A DNA stretch of 35,584 bases from Brachymonas sp. (GTDB lineage: Bacteria; Pseudomonadota; Gammaproteobacteria; Burkholderiales; Burkholderiaceae_C), in the NCBI GenBank assembly GCA_043769055.1, contig JAYVJQ010000215.1, forward strand, positions 1-35,584, given 5' to 3'. The position numbers and the translations under genes were made by a program. The notes under the pieces were generated by a model. The model saw nothing but the letters and a program-made list of their open reading frames with translations, made no database searches and had not been told where the DNA came from. Every line of letters starts with the position of its first letter. Positions within the stretch are counted from its first letter, which is position 1. Positions 8,605 to 17,109 of the stretch are shown one piece after another.

Positions 8605-9435
8605 ATGGCTTGGTTCAAATTCGGCAAATCTAGCGAAACTGCCTCCCTCTCAGACGCTCCCGTAGAAACCGCTGAGAGCCTGCGCAGCCGCGCCAAGCGC
8701 CGCTTGATTGGCGCACTGGTGCTCGTGCTCACCGCCGTCGTGGGCTTTCCGCTGCTGTTTGACACGCAGCCCCGCCCGGTGCTGGTGGATGTGCCGATTG
8801 AAATTCCTGATAAAGCCAAGGCCAAGCCACTGGCTGCACCGCCTGCCTCAACAACTGCTGCCACGACACCCACAACACCTGCGCCCGCTGCTCGTGTGGA
8901 CGAGAAAGTCAGCCTGCAAGCTAAAGAAGAAATTGTGCTGCCTGGGCCAGCCGTTTTAAAACCAAATGCACCATTAGCCGGCATAAATACTGCCCAGAGT
9001 GCTACTAAATCAGTAGCAATTACTGCGCCTGCACCAGATGCGGCAGCGAAGGAAAAAGCGGCTGTGGAGAAGGCAGCGAAAGACAAAGCTGCTGCTGAGA
9101 AAGCCGCGAAAGACAAAGCAACTGAGGCCGCCCGCGCGCAAGCTTTGCTCGATGGCAAACCCAGTGCTGCACCAGGAGCCGCAGTAACCGCAGCATCCGC
9201 CCCAAGCGAGCGCTTCATCGTACAGTTCGGCTCCTTCGCCGATGAAAGCAAAGCCCGCGAAGTGCGCCAAAAAGTTGAAAAAGCAGGCCTCAAAACCTAT
9301 GCGCAAATCGCAGAGACCAGTGAGGGCAAGCGCCACCGCGTACGCGTGGGCCCGTTTGCCACCCGCGCCGAAGCAGAAAAAGCCGCCAACAAGATCAAAT
9401 CGCTTGATTTGCCTGCTGCCATCCTCACGCTTTGA
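8605..9435 (+). CDS. dedD: SPOR-domain cell division protein (DedD-like)
   Basis: AKRRLIGALVLV transmembrane segment, Ala/Pro/Lys linker and C-terminal SPOR domain (VQFGSF...HRVRVGPF); synteny. Confidence 0.88.
   Translation: MAWFKFGKSSETASLSDAPVETAESLRSRAKRRLIGALVLVLTAVVGFPLLFDTQPRPVLVDVPIEIPDKAKAKPLAAPPASTTAATTPTTPAPAARVDEKVSLQAKEEIVLPGPAVLKPNAPLAGINTAQSATKSVAITAPAPDAAAKEKAAVEKAAKDKAAAEKAAKDKATEAARAQALLDGKPSAAPGAAVTAASAPSERFIVQFGSFADESKAREVRQKVEKAGLKTYAQIAETSEGKRHRVRVGPFATRAEAEKAANKIKSLDLPAAILTL
8975..9017 (-). repeat. Dispersed 43-bp motif, copy 5 (dedD linker)
   Basis: Reverse complement: gcta ctgatttag tagc actc tgggca gtatttatgcc ggcta; encodes LAGINTAQSATKSVA. Confidence 0.88.
9043..9120 (+). 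repeat. 30-bp imperfect tandem repeat (~2.6 units) in the dedD linker
   Basis: AAKEKAAVEK-AAKDKAAAEK-AAKDKA. Confidence 0.7.
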
Positions 9436-9513
9436 GTTTTGACACTGTGACGCACCGCCCAAGTCATCCCACCATTTAGTCGTTCCGTCATTCTTCAAGT
9501 CATTGAATTTCAA

Positions 9514-10044
9514 ATGCAAATCGCCGCGCTGGACTGGATCATCCTCGCCATTCTCCTGCTCTCGCTGGCTCTTGGCGCTTGGCGCGGCTTGGTCTATGAG
9601 GTGCTCTCTGTGCTCGGCTGGATCGCCTCTTTCATCATCGCTCAGCTCTATGCCGCCACCGTGGGCGCAATGCTGCCCATGAGCGGCGCGACCGAGGCGC
9701 TGCGCTATGCCGCAGGTTTTGTGCTCACCTTCATCGCCAGCGCGTTTGCAGCGGGCTTGCTCGCGTGGCTTGCAAAAAAATTGATCCAAACGATTGGTCT
9801 GCGCCCGGTCGATCGCACATTAGGCGCGCTCTTCGGCCTGATTCGCGGCGGCGTGATTTTGCTCGCTGCCACCACCGCCGTGCTCATGACACCTCTCAAA
9901 GAGGCTGATTGGTGGAAGCAATCAAGCGGCGCTGGCGTTTTGTCTACCGTGCTGCGCGGCATCAAACCGATCTTGCCCAATGAAGTGGGACAATACATTC
10001 AAGCCGAAGCCAATCAAGGATATAGGCACTCTAGGGAAATCTAA
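9514..10044 (+). CDS. cvpA: CvpA family membrane protein
   Basis: DWIILAIL, GAWRGLVYE and DRTLGALFGLIRG; directly upstream of purF. Confidence 0.93.
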   Translation: MQIAALDWIILAILLLSLALGAWRGLVYEVLSVLGWIASFIIAQLYAATVGAMLPMSGATEALRYAAGFVLTFIASAFAAGLLAWLAKKLIQTIGLRPVDRTLGALFGLIRGGVILLAATTAVLMTPLKEADWWKQSSGAGVLSTVLRGIKPILPNEVGQYIQAEANQGYRHSREI

Positions 10045-10047
10045 GTC

Positions 10048-11544
10048 ATGTGTGGCATCGTCGGCGTCGTCTCGCAAAATCCGGTCAATCAATTGATTTA
10101 TGACGCGCTACTGCTCTTGCAGCATCGCGGCCAAGATGCGGCGGGCATCGTCACGCAGCAAGGCACTAAATTCCATATGCACAAGGCCAAGGGCATGGTG
10201 CGCGATGTGTTTCGCACCCGCAATATGCGCGCCCTGCCCGGCAATCTGGGCTTAGGCCAAGTGCGCTACCCCACAGCAGGCAATGCCGATAGTGAAGAAG
10301 AAGCCCAGCCGTTTTACGTCAACGCGCCCTTCGGCTTGGTGCTGGTTCACAACGGCAACCTCACCAATGTCGATGTGCTCAAAGCCCAGCTCTTCAACCA
10401 CGACCATCGCCACATCAACACCACCAGCGATACCGAGGTGCTGATCAACGTGCTGGCGCATGAGCTGGAGCTGACCACGCGCGGGCTTCCACTGTCTCCC
10501 AAAGATGTATTCGCAGCCGTGCGCGGCGTGCATTCGCGTATCAAAGGCTCCTACGCCGTGGTCGCGCTCATTGCAGGCCATGGCCTGCTCGCCTTCCGCG
10601 ATCCATTCGGCATTCGCCCGCTGTGCTTGGGCCGCTCGGCAGATGGCACGGCCATGGTGGCCAGCGAATCCGTGACGCTTGAAGGCACAGGCCATACCTT
10701 CGAGCGCAACATCGCCCCCGGCGAAGCCGTATTCATCGACAACGCAGGCCAAATCCACAGCGCGATCTGCGCAGATAAAACCCAGCTCTCCCCCTGCATT
10801 TTTGAATACGTCTACCTCGCCCGCCCCGATTCAGAAATGGATGGCATCAGCGTCTATCAAGCGCGCCTGAACATGGGCGAGACGCTGGCCAAACGCGTGA
10901 TCTCCACCGTACCGCCCGATGAGATTGATGTGGTCATCCCCATCCCCGAATCCAGCCGCCCCAGCGCCATGCAGCTGGCCCATTTGCTCGGCCTGCCGTA
11001 TCGCGAAGGCTTTGTGAAAAACCGCTATGTGGGTCGCACCTTCATCATGCCCGGCCAAGGCGTGCGCAAAAAATCAGTGCGCCAAAAGCTCAACGCCATC
11101 AACAGCGAATTCAAAGGCCGCCGCGTGCTCTTGGTCGACGACTCCATCGTGCGCGGCACCACAAGCCAAGAAATCGTACAAATGGCCCGCGATGCGGGCG
11201 CTGCAAAAGTCTATCTAGCCAGCGCCGCCCCGCCCGTGCGCTACCCCAACGTCTATGGCATCGACATGCCCACCCCGTCTGAGCTGATTGCTCACGGCCG
11301 CACAGTCGATGAAATCCGCGCCTACATCGGCTGCGATGCTTTGATTTACCAAGACGTCGACGGCATGAAAGAAGCCGTGCGCAAATGCAACCCCGCGATT
11401 GCCAACTTCGATGCTAGCTGCTTCGATGGCATTTACGTCACCGGCGACATAGAAGCCGGCGACGCCAAACGCATTAACTCAGAGCGCAGCGTGAATGCTG
11501 AGTACGCGCAAGATGCTTCGCGGTTGGCACTGCATAACGCCTAG
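10048..11544 (+). CDS. purF: Amidophosphoribosyltransferase
   Basis: N-terminal MCGIVG, LQHRGQD, HNGNLTN and the PRPP motif LLVDDSIVRGTT. Confidence 0.98.
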   Translation: MCGIVGVVSQNPVNQLIYDALLLLQHRGQDAAGIVTQQGTKFHMHKAKGMVRDVFRTRNMRALPGNLGLGQVRYPTAGNADSEEEAQPFYVNAPFGLVLVHNGNLTNVDVLKAQLFNHDHRHINTTSDTEVLINVLAHELELTTRGLPLSPKDVFAAVRGVHSRIKGSYAVVALIAGHGLLAFRDPFGIRPLCLGRSADGTAMVASESVTLEGTGHTFERNIAPGEAVFIDNAGQIHSAICADKTQLSPCIFEYVYLARPDSEMDGISVYQARLNMGETLAKRVISTVPPDEIDVVIPIPESSRPSAMQLAHLLGLPYREGFVKNRYVGRTFIMPGQGVRKKSVRQKLNAINSEFKGRRVLLVDDSIVRGTTSQEIVQMARDAGAAKVYLASAAPPVRYPNVYGIDMPTPSELIAHGRTVDEIRAYIGCDALIYQDVDGMKEAVRKCNPAIANFDASCFDGIYVTGDIEAGDAKRINSERSVNAEYAQDASRLALHNA

Positions 11545-11599
11545 GGCACGGTCCTAGCGCGAGTATCGATCAAGCCCCACGTTCAACCGGTCGTACAGC

Positions 11600-12850
11600 A
11601 TGCGCACTCCCTTTCGATCAATAGGGGCTACCGTACTGAAATGTCTGCTGGCAAGTTCATTGGCGAGCAGCGCACTCTGTGCTGATCAAGTCAAACCAGG
11701 TGCTTCAGTACCACGAGAGATCGTTCAAAAAACTCAGCCTGCGATGCAGGCCTTACAGCGAGCGCTGAGCGCACAAGATGCTGCTGCGGTGCGAGCAGCG
11801 GTCGATCAAGCGTTGATGGCCTTAGGGCCTTGGGCAGGCCAGCCCGAAATAGCCACACGTTATTTTCCGCCTGTCAATACTTCAGCTTTCGATCAAGCCA
11901 AACTACGCGCATGGTGGCTACAAGAAATCTCACGTGGGCTAGGCAATGTGCCGTGGGTCAGCAATCCTCAGGGCGATCCACGCATCATGACAAATGGCCT
12001 GCGCGAAGCGGCTTATCCCTTGGATGCTTTAGCCCGCTCGGCAGCCCTTTTTCCAGAGCAGCGCAACGCGCTCCAAACTCAGGTGCGCACAGGCGCGGAT
12101 TGGCTCTTGCAGCGACAACATGCCAGCGGCGTATTCCCCTTTCCTGTTGGCCCCGGTTTGAATCCGCGCGACAAGGTGGGCCGCAGTGTTGAGCACACCA
12201 TTCGAGCCAATCCAAGCATCGTCGTCAATGATTGGATCGCCAACGATCTGGGCGACGGCAGCTTGCAGTTTGACAATGGCTTGAGCGGCGGCGCGCTCAT
12301 CAACGCCTGGGCGCTCACCCGCGATGCGCGCTACCTAGCGGCAGCGCGCAAAGCAGGCGACTGGGCCATTGCGCAACAACTCGTCACCAATTGGAACTAC
12401 AACGCATTCAGCGTTGGCTTTCTCGCTCGCTTGTTCTCAGCCACTGGGGAGGATAAATATCTTCAAGCTGCATTGAAAAAAACGCAGCTCGGTGTGCTAC
12501 CCGGTCAACTGCCCAGTGGCCGCTGGTTCGATCCGCACAACGCCTGTGCTGTTTATCACAACATCTTGCTGCGCGAACTACTCGAACTCTTGCATGCGCT
12601 GCCTTCACAGCACCCCTATCGTTCAACACTGCTCGACGCTATCACACGCGGCATCAACCAAGCCGCAGCCGAAACCTTGGCCAAAGGCTACACAGGCACA
12701 TGGACTGAGAGCTTCGCACGCGGACTGCAATGGATCGGAGAGAACCCAGCATGGCGTCAAGCAATGAACGCTTCTATTCAAGCAAGTGGCAAAGGTAAAG
12801 CGCCAGCACTGGGTGTTGCGGCAATACCAGTCTTGGAAGGTGTTCGCTAG
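11600..12850 (+). CDS. Hypothetical secreted protein, probable alpha/alpha-toroid fold
   Basis: 416-aa ORF with a signal-peptide-like N-terminus and repeated helix-Q-x-x-x-G-x-aromatic units (DWLLQRQHASGVF, GQLPSGRW, YLAAARKAGDW). Confidence 0.7.
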   Translation: MRTPFRSIGATVLKCLLASSLASSALCADQVKPGASVPREIVQKTQPAMQALQRALSAQDAAAVRAAVDQALMALGPWAGQPEIATRYFPPVNTSAFDQAKLRAWWLQEISRGLGNVPWVSNPQGDPRIMTNGLREAAYPLDALARSAALFPEQRNALQTQVRTGADWLLQRQHASGVFPFPVGPGLNPRDKVGRSVEHTIRANPSIVVNDWIANDLGDGSLQFDNGLSGGALINAWALTRDARYLAAARKAGDWAIAQQLVTNWNYNAFSVGFLARLFSATGEDKYLQAALKKTQLGVLPGQLPSGRWFDPHNACAVYHNILLRELLELLHALPSQHPYRSTLLDAITRGINQAAAETLAKGYTGTWTESFARGLQWIGENPAWRQAMNASIQASGKGKAPALGVAAIPVLEGVR

Positions 12851-12970
12851 AGCAATTGAGTGGCGATGCAGTCAAGTTATTGAATTTCGACTAACGCTCG
12901 TCGTTCAGGTGGAGACAATCAAGGGCGATATTTTTGAGAATGTATTATTTGATTGGATTTAAAAAGCTCA

Positions 12971-13537
12971 CTATGCATAGCTCGAAAAATTCGCATGCCA
13001 ACCCCGCACTGCCACTGCATAGCACGTGGCCTTGCCTTGGCCTTGAACAGCGAGCAGGCCGCTTTGGTACAGATGCGTGAGATCGCGCGTGGCGGTGGCT
13101 TTGGAGGCATCGGTGAGCTTGATGTATTTCTCGGCGGTGAGGTCGCCTAAGAAGCCGCCATCGCCTGCTTCGAGCAAACGCGCGAGCACCTTGCGTTGCC
13201 TTGCATTCAAATCGACCTGAGCGCAGCGCTGCCAGAAGCTGGCTGTGTCAGATGCTTGCCGAATTACCGAGAGCGAATGCTCGCAGCCGCGCGTGAACAC
13301 GCCGATGAACCACAGCAACCAAGCGGTCACGTCAATTCCCTTGGTGTTTGATGGCTCAGCTGTTGTGGCGGCGTTGAGTTGCGCGTAGTAATCCTTGCGC
13401 TCGGCTTGAATTTGCCGCGAGAGGCTGAAGATGCGCTGCGTGGTGGTCAGCTCTTGCGCAAGAACGTAATCGGTCAGCGCCCTGCCCACGCGGCCATTGC
13501 CATCTTCAAACGGGTGAATCGCCTCAAACCATGCATA
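12971..13537 (-). pseudogene. C-terminal remnant of a Fic-family protein with a C-terminal HTH
   Basis: WFEAIHPFEDGNGRVGRA Fic motif and C-terminal SKATATRDL. The sequence a few codons upstream of the motif is not Fic-like, so the N-terminal half appears to be missing. Confidence 0.8.
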
Positions 13538-13703
13538 ACAGAAGCTGCTGCCAATTGCACAGGCGCTGACGGCTAAAGACGCGAAGGTTATGCGAAACAA
13601 AATACCAAAAAGAGAGAACTGTGCGGGGGATTTTTTCGCGTCTATCGCGTCCGGCTGTTGGTATTGATATGGGTGTTTGGTGTTGTTGTATTGGCAAGCC
13701 CAT

Positions 13704-13709
13704 TACAAT
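13704..13709 (+). promoter_or_regulatory. -10 element for ffs
   Basis: TACAAT ends 6 nt before the first base of the SRP RNA stem. Confidence 0.55.
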
Positions 13710-13715
13710 AGACCC

Positions 13716-13811
13716 TGACGGGCCTTCCCGCATGGTGAAGCGGCCAATCGGGTCAGGTGGGGAACCAAGCAGCCCTAACTGTGAAGTCAGTGCCGGGGTC
13801 AAGGCTCGTCA
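13716..13811 (+). ncRNA. ffs: Signal recognition particle 4.5S RNA
   Basis: Domain IV signature TCAGGTGGGGAACCAAGCAGCC (GGAA loop, AGCAG). The ends TGACGGGCCTT and AAGGCTCGTCA pair, and a T tract follows. Confidence 0.92.
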
Positions 13812-13818
13812 CCTTTTT

Positions 13819-16800
13819 TTATAGCGCGTTGGGAGCGAGTTCTACCCAGCGGCCTTGCGCGGTGATAAACGCTGCTTTCACCTTCTGCTGCGGATACGCC
13901 GCTTGCACAGCACGTTGATACTCCTGCAATTGCTCGCGCAGCGCGGCGCTCAGCTGGGGTGATTGGGCGGATTTGTAGTCAATTACCACCCAAGTTTGCG
14001 ATTCGCGCAGCTTGATCAATCGATCAAGGCGCAGCTGCTTGCCGCCGTGCATTAGCTCGACCTCATTGGCCTGCCAATCAATCTGCTCCGCGTCCCACAC
14101 CCAAGCGGCCTCACCTTGCACGATGCGCTGGGCTGCGGCGCTGGCTTGTGCGCTTTGCTCAGGTGTGAGCTGCAAGCCGAAGGCCACACTCTGAACTAAC
14201 TGCACCAGATCAACACTGGGCGCATAAAGCTCTAGCACGCGGTGCATGCAGATGCCGATGCGGCTGGCTGTATCGTCTTGCGCAGTATGCTTCACTACTG
14301 TTTTAATAGCACATTGTGCAGATTCCATGCCGACTATCGGCAGTTTTCTCATCAAAAATGTGTTGGCAGCATCACCTGCAATGGGCACAGCAGCAAAGTC
14401 GCCATGCCAAGCCTCTTGCACCAACTCAGATTGCAAAGCGTCCAAGCGCAGCCACGGGCAGCCGGGTGCGCTTTTGCGGCCACTCTCATGCGCGCTGAAC
14501 ACGAGGCGCTGTTTGGCGCGCGTCATGGCCACATAGAGCGCATTGATTTCCTCGCGTGCACGCTGCTCGATCTCATGCGCCAGAGCAGCGCCCACGCAAA
14601 CAGGAGCTTTGCTCTCACTGCGCAAAAAGGCAAAAGTTTGCGGCGCAGTTTTCTCGCCCGGCCAATCGACCAGCACATCTAAGAAATTACGCGATGAAGC
14701 GGGTGTGAGCGTATCAAGCAGCAGCACCGTGTGCGCCTCTAAGCCTTTTGCGCCATGCACCGTCATGAGGCGCACCGCATCGTCGCTGGCCGCTGCTTGC
14801 GGCGCTTTGAGATGCGGGGCTTTGAGCGCGCGCACAAAGGCATGCGGCGTGAGGAAGCGGCCCGCGCCAATCTCAAGCGCCGCCATCAGCAACGCCTGCA
14901 AACTTAAGTGCACCCGGCTGCGCAGCGGTGCGGGCGCAGCGGCTATGCAGCGCGCGACCACATCGTGCTGCGTGTAAATTTGACTGAGCACATCATGCGG
15001 TGGCAGCGCTTGCAGCAGGCTTTGCATCGACTGAAGTTTTTGAGCAGTTTTTAAGGCTAAATCAACATCTAGCCGGCATAGAATATGCGCGGAATGCTCC
15101 TGATTTAATAGCCCCTGATTCAATAACGCCTGCCACCAACTGCTGGCCTTGCTTTCTTTCACCTGCAAAGCCAATGCGATCAAATCCTCATCGCGCCAAT
15201 TGAACAGCGGCGATTTGAGCGCGCGCGCCAAGGCCAGATCATTACTAGGCGAGACGAGCGCATCGAGCAGGGCCACCAGATCTTGCACTTCAGGCAAATC
15301 AATCAACGCGGTTTTCTCTGTGATTTGACTGGCGATGCCCAAATCGCGCAGCGCATCGCGCATGCGCGCCAAGCGATCTCGCTTTCTGGCGAGCACCATG
15401 ATTTGATTGCCCTCCAAGCCCCCCGCGATCTGCGCCGCCACCCAACGCGCGGCCACTTGGCATTCCACATCGGCAGCATGCTCCTCGGGGTCATCGCGCG
15501 GCGTGGTGAGCGTATCACGCCAAACCAATTCACTGCTGGCCTGCTCGCGCTCAGGCGCAGGAGCCAGAGGCAGCCGGATCACGCTGCCCTGCTCTGCGCT
15601 CTCTGTGGTATGACTGCGAAATTCATAGGGCAGCTCAGTAGCCGCTTGCGCCATCACTGCATTGACCACCTGCATCACGCCCTGCGCATTGCGCCGCGTG
15701 TGGTCGCACGAGAGCAGCGTGCCTTGCAGCCCATCGCAAACAAAGCGCGTAGCCGCCTCAAACACCTGCGGCTCAGCGCGGCGAAAGCGATAAATACTTT
15801 GCTTGGCATCGCCCACGATGAACACGCTGGGCGCTGCGCCACCGCCCGCACCCGCATAGCCCGAGAGCCACGATTGCAGCGCCTGCCATTGCAGCGGATT
15901 CGTGTCTTGAAACTCATCAATCAGCAGATGCGACAGCTGTGCATCTAGGCGCTGCTGCACCCAACCTGAGAGATCTTCATCACCCAGCAAATGCCGCGCA
16001 GCCAGCTCCAAATCATTCATATCGACCCAGCCGATCTCGCGCTTGAGATCAACAAAGCAGGCAATCAAGGCGCGCGTGAGCTGGGCCATGCGCTGCTGAT
16101 GCTGATGCGCCGCTTGCTGCTCCAGCGCGGCGTTCACTCGCTCGCACAGCGCCTGCGCGCCGCTCACCTCGGGTGTGCTGACAAGCTGCGGATTGAACTT
16201 GCGTGGCGCGCCTTCCTTGGTGAGCAAACACAGCGGCACATCAGCCCAGCGCTGCTCGGTGCAACACTGCTCCAGCTCCTGGCCTTTGGCTGCATAGGTT
16301 TTTTGCGTAGCTGCGCCGAGCACGCGGGCCGCTACAAACAACACATCGCGCTGCGCTGCGAGCAACTGCAACGGATCATCCAAGCCACGCATCTCAGGCC
16401 ACAGCTGCGCTGCGCTGGGTATGCTGCCCTCCACCACGCCCGCGCGATCGGCCAATTCAAACTCCACGCGCTTGGCCAATGCATTGGTGAGAGCTTCCTG
16501 CACACCCCAGCGGCCCACGTCAGCCACAGCGGCGCGATACGTTGCATGCAGCGGCTCATCGCGCTGGAGCAGCGCATAAAAGCGCGGCCACAGCGCTTGC
16601 ACGGCCTGCGCATCGTCTTCCAGCAACTCATATTGCGCTGGCAAGCCCAGATGCTCGCGCACGGCCAGTGGCGCATGGCGCAAGAGCGCGGCAAACCAAC
16701 TGTGGAAGGTGCGGATTTGCACACCGCGTGGCTCTGCCAAGGTGCTTTGGTATAAATTTGATAGCGAACTTCGTAGATTTTGTAACGGCTGGAGGGCTAT

Positions 16801-17109
16801 TTCGCTTGAAATTCCACGGTCAATTAGCTCTTTCAGCAACTCTTCATCACTGGCTTTTGAAAATTTCAGCAACCAATCAGCCAAGCGCTCACGCATCTCG
16901 CCAGCGGCTTTTTTCGTAAAAGTAATCGCCAAAATTTCATGCGGCTTAGCCCCCGCGAGCAGCGCACGCACGATACGCGAGACCAGCATCCAAGTTTTGC
17001 CAGCGCCTGCGCAAGCCTGCACCACAATATGCCGCGATGGGTCGCATGCTGCCGCGTAAAACTGCTCGCGCGTGCAAGGCTGGCCAGCCAGTGTGTAGGC
17101 GGGCTTCAT
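13819..17109 (-). CDS. addA: AddA-like UvrD helicase with a C-terminal nuclease domain
   Basis: ACAGAGKT, LIDEFQDT, VGDAKQSIYRFR, TVHGAKGLE, LYVAMTRAK and LDRL...IDYKS; ATGA overlap with addB. Confidence 0.9.
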   Translation of the reverse strand: MKPAYTLAGQPCTREQFYAAACDPSRHIVVQACAGAGKTWMLVSRIVRALLAGAKPHEILAITFTKKAAGEMRERLADWLLKFSKASDEELLKELIDRGISSEIALQPLQNLRSSLSNLYQSTLAEPRGVQIRTFHSWFAALLRHAPLAVREHLGLPAQYELLEDDAQAVQALWPRFYALLQRDEPLHATYRAAVADVGRWGVQEALTNALAKRVEFELADRAGVVEGSIPSAAQLWPEMRGLDDPLQLLAAQRDVLFVAARVLGAATQKTYAAKGQELEQCCTEQRWADVPLCLLTKEGAPRKFNPQLVSTPEVSGAQALCERVNAALEQQAAHQHQQRMAQLTRALIACFVDLKREIGWVDMNDLELAARHLLGDEDLSGWVQQRLDAQLSHLLIDEFQDTNPLQWQALQSWLSGYAGAGGGAAPSVFIVGDAKQSIYRFRRAEPQVFEAATRFVCDGLQGTLLSCDHTRRNAQGVMQVVNAVMAQAATELPYEFRSHTTESAEQGSVIRLPLAPAPEREQASSELVWRDTLTTPRDDPEEHAADVECQVAARWVAAQIAGGLEGNQIMVLARKRDRLARMRDALRDLGIASQITEKTALIDLPEVQDLVALLDALVSPSNDLALARALKSPLFNWRDEDLIALALQVKESKASSWWQALLNQGLLNQEHSAHILCRLDVDLALKTAQKLQSMQSLLQALPPHDVLSQIYTQHDVVARCIAAAPAPLRSRVHLSLQALLMAALEIGAGRFLTPHAFVRALKAPHLKAPQAAASDDAVRLMTVHGAKGLEAHTVLLLDTLTPASSRNFLDVLVDWPGEKTAPQTFAFLRSESKAPVCVGAALAHEIEQRAREEINALYVAMTRAKQRLVFSAHESGRKSAPGCPWLRLDALQSELVQEAWHGDFAAVPIAGDAANTFLMRKLPIVGMESAQCAIKTVVKHTAQDDTASRIGICMHRVLELYAPSVDLVQLVQSVAFGLQLTPEQSAQASAAAQRIVQGEAAWVWDAEQIDWQANEVELMHGGKQLRLDRLIKLRESQTWVVIDYKSAQSPQLSAALREQLQEYQRAVQAAYPQQKVKAAFITAQGRWVELAPNAL
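14294..14336 (+). repeat. Dispersed 43-bp motif, copy 6 (addA helicase-nuclease linker)
   Basis: acta ctgttttaa tagc acat tgtgca gattccatgcc gacta; encodes VGMESAQCAIKTVV. Confidence 0.82.
15070..15112 (-). repeat. Dispersed 43-bp motif, copy 7 (in addA)
   Basis: Reverse complement: gcta ttaaatcag gagc attc cgcgca tattctatgcc ggcta; encodes LLNQEHSAHILCRL. Confidence 0.85.
16749..16791 (+). repeat. Dispersed 43-bp motif, copy 8 (in addA)
   Basis: ggta taaatttga tagc gaac ttcgta gattttgtaac ggctg; encodes QPLQNLRSSLSNLY. Confidence 0.75.

Noticed and set aside
13524-13824. Short ORFs 13524..13802 and 13621..13824
   Set aside because: They overlap the SRP RNA gene and have no protein-like features.
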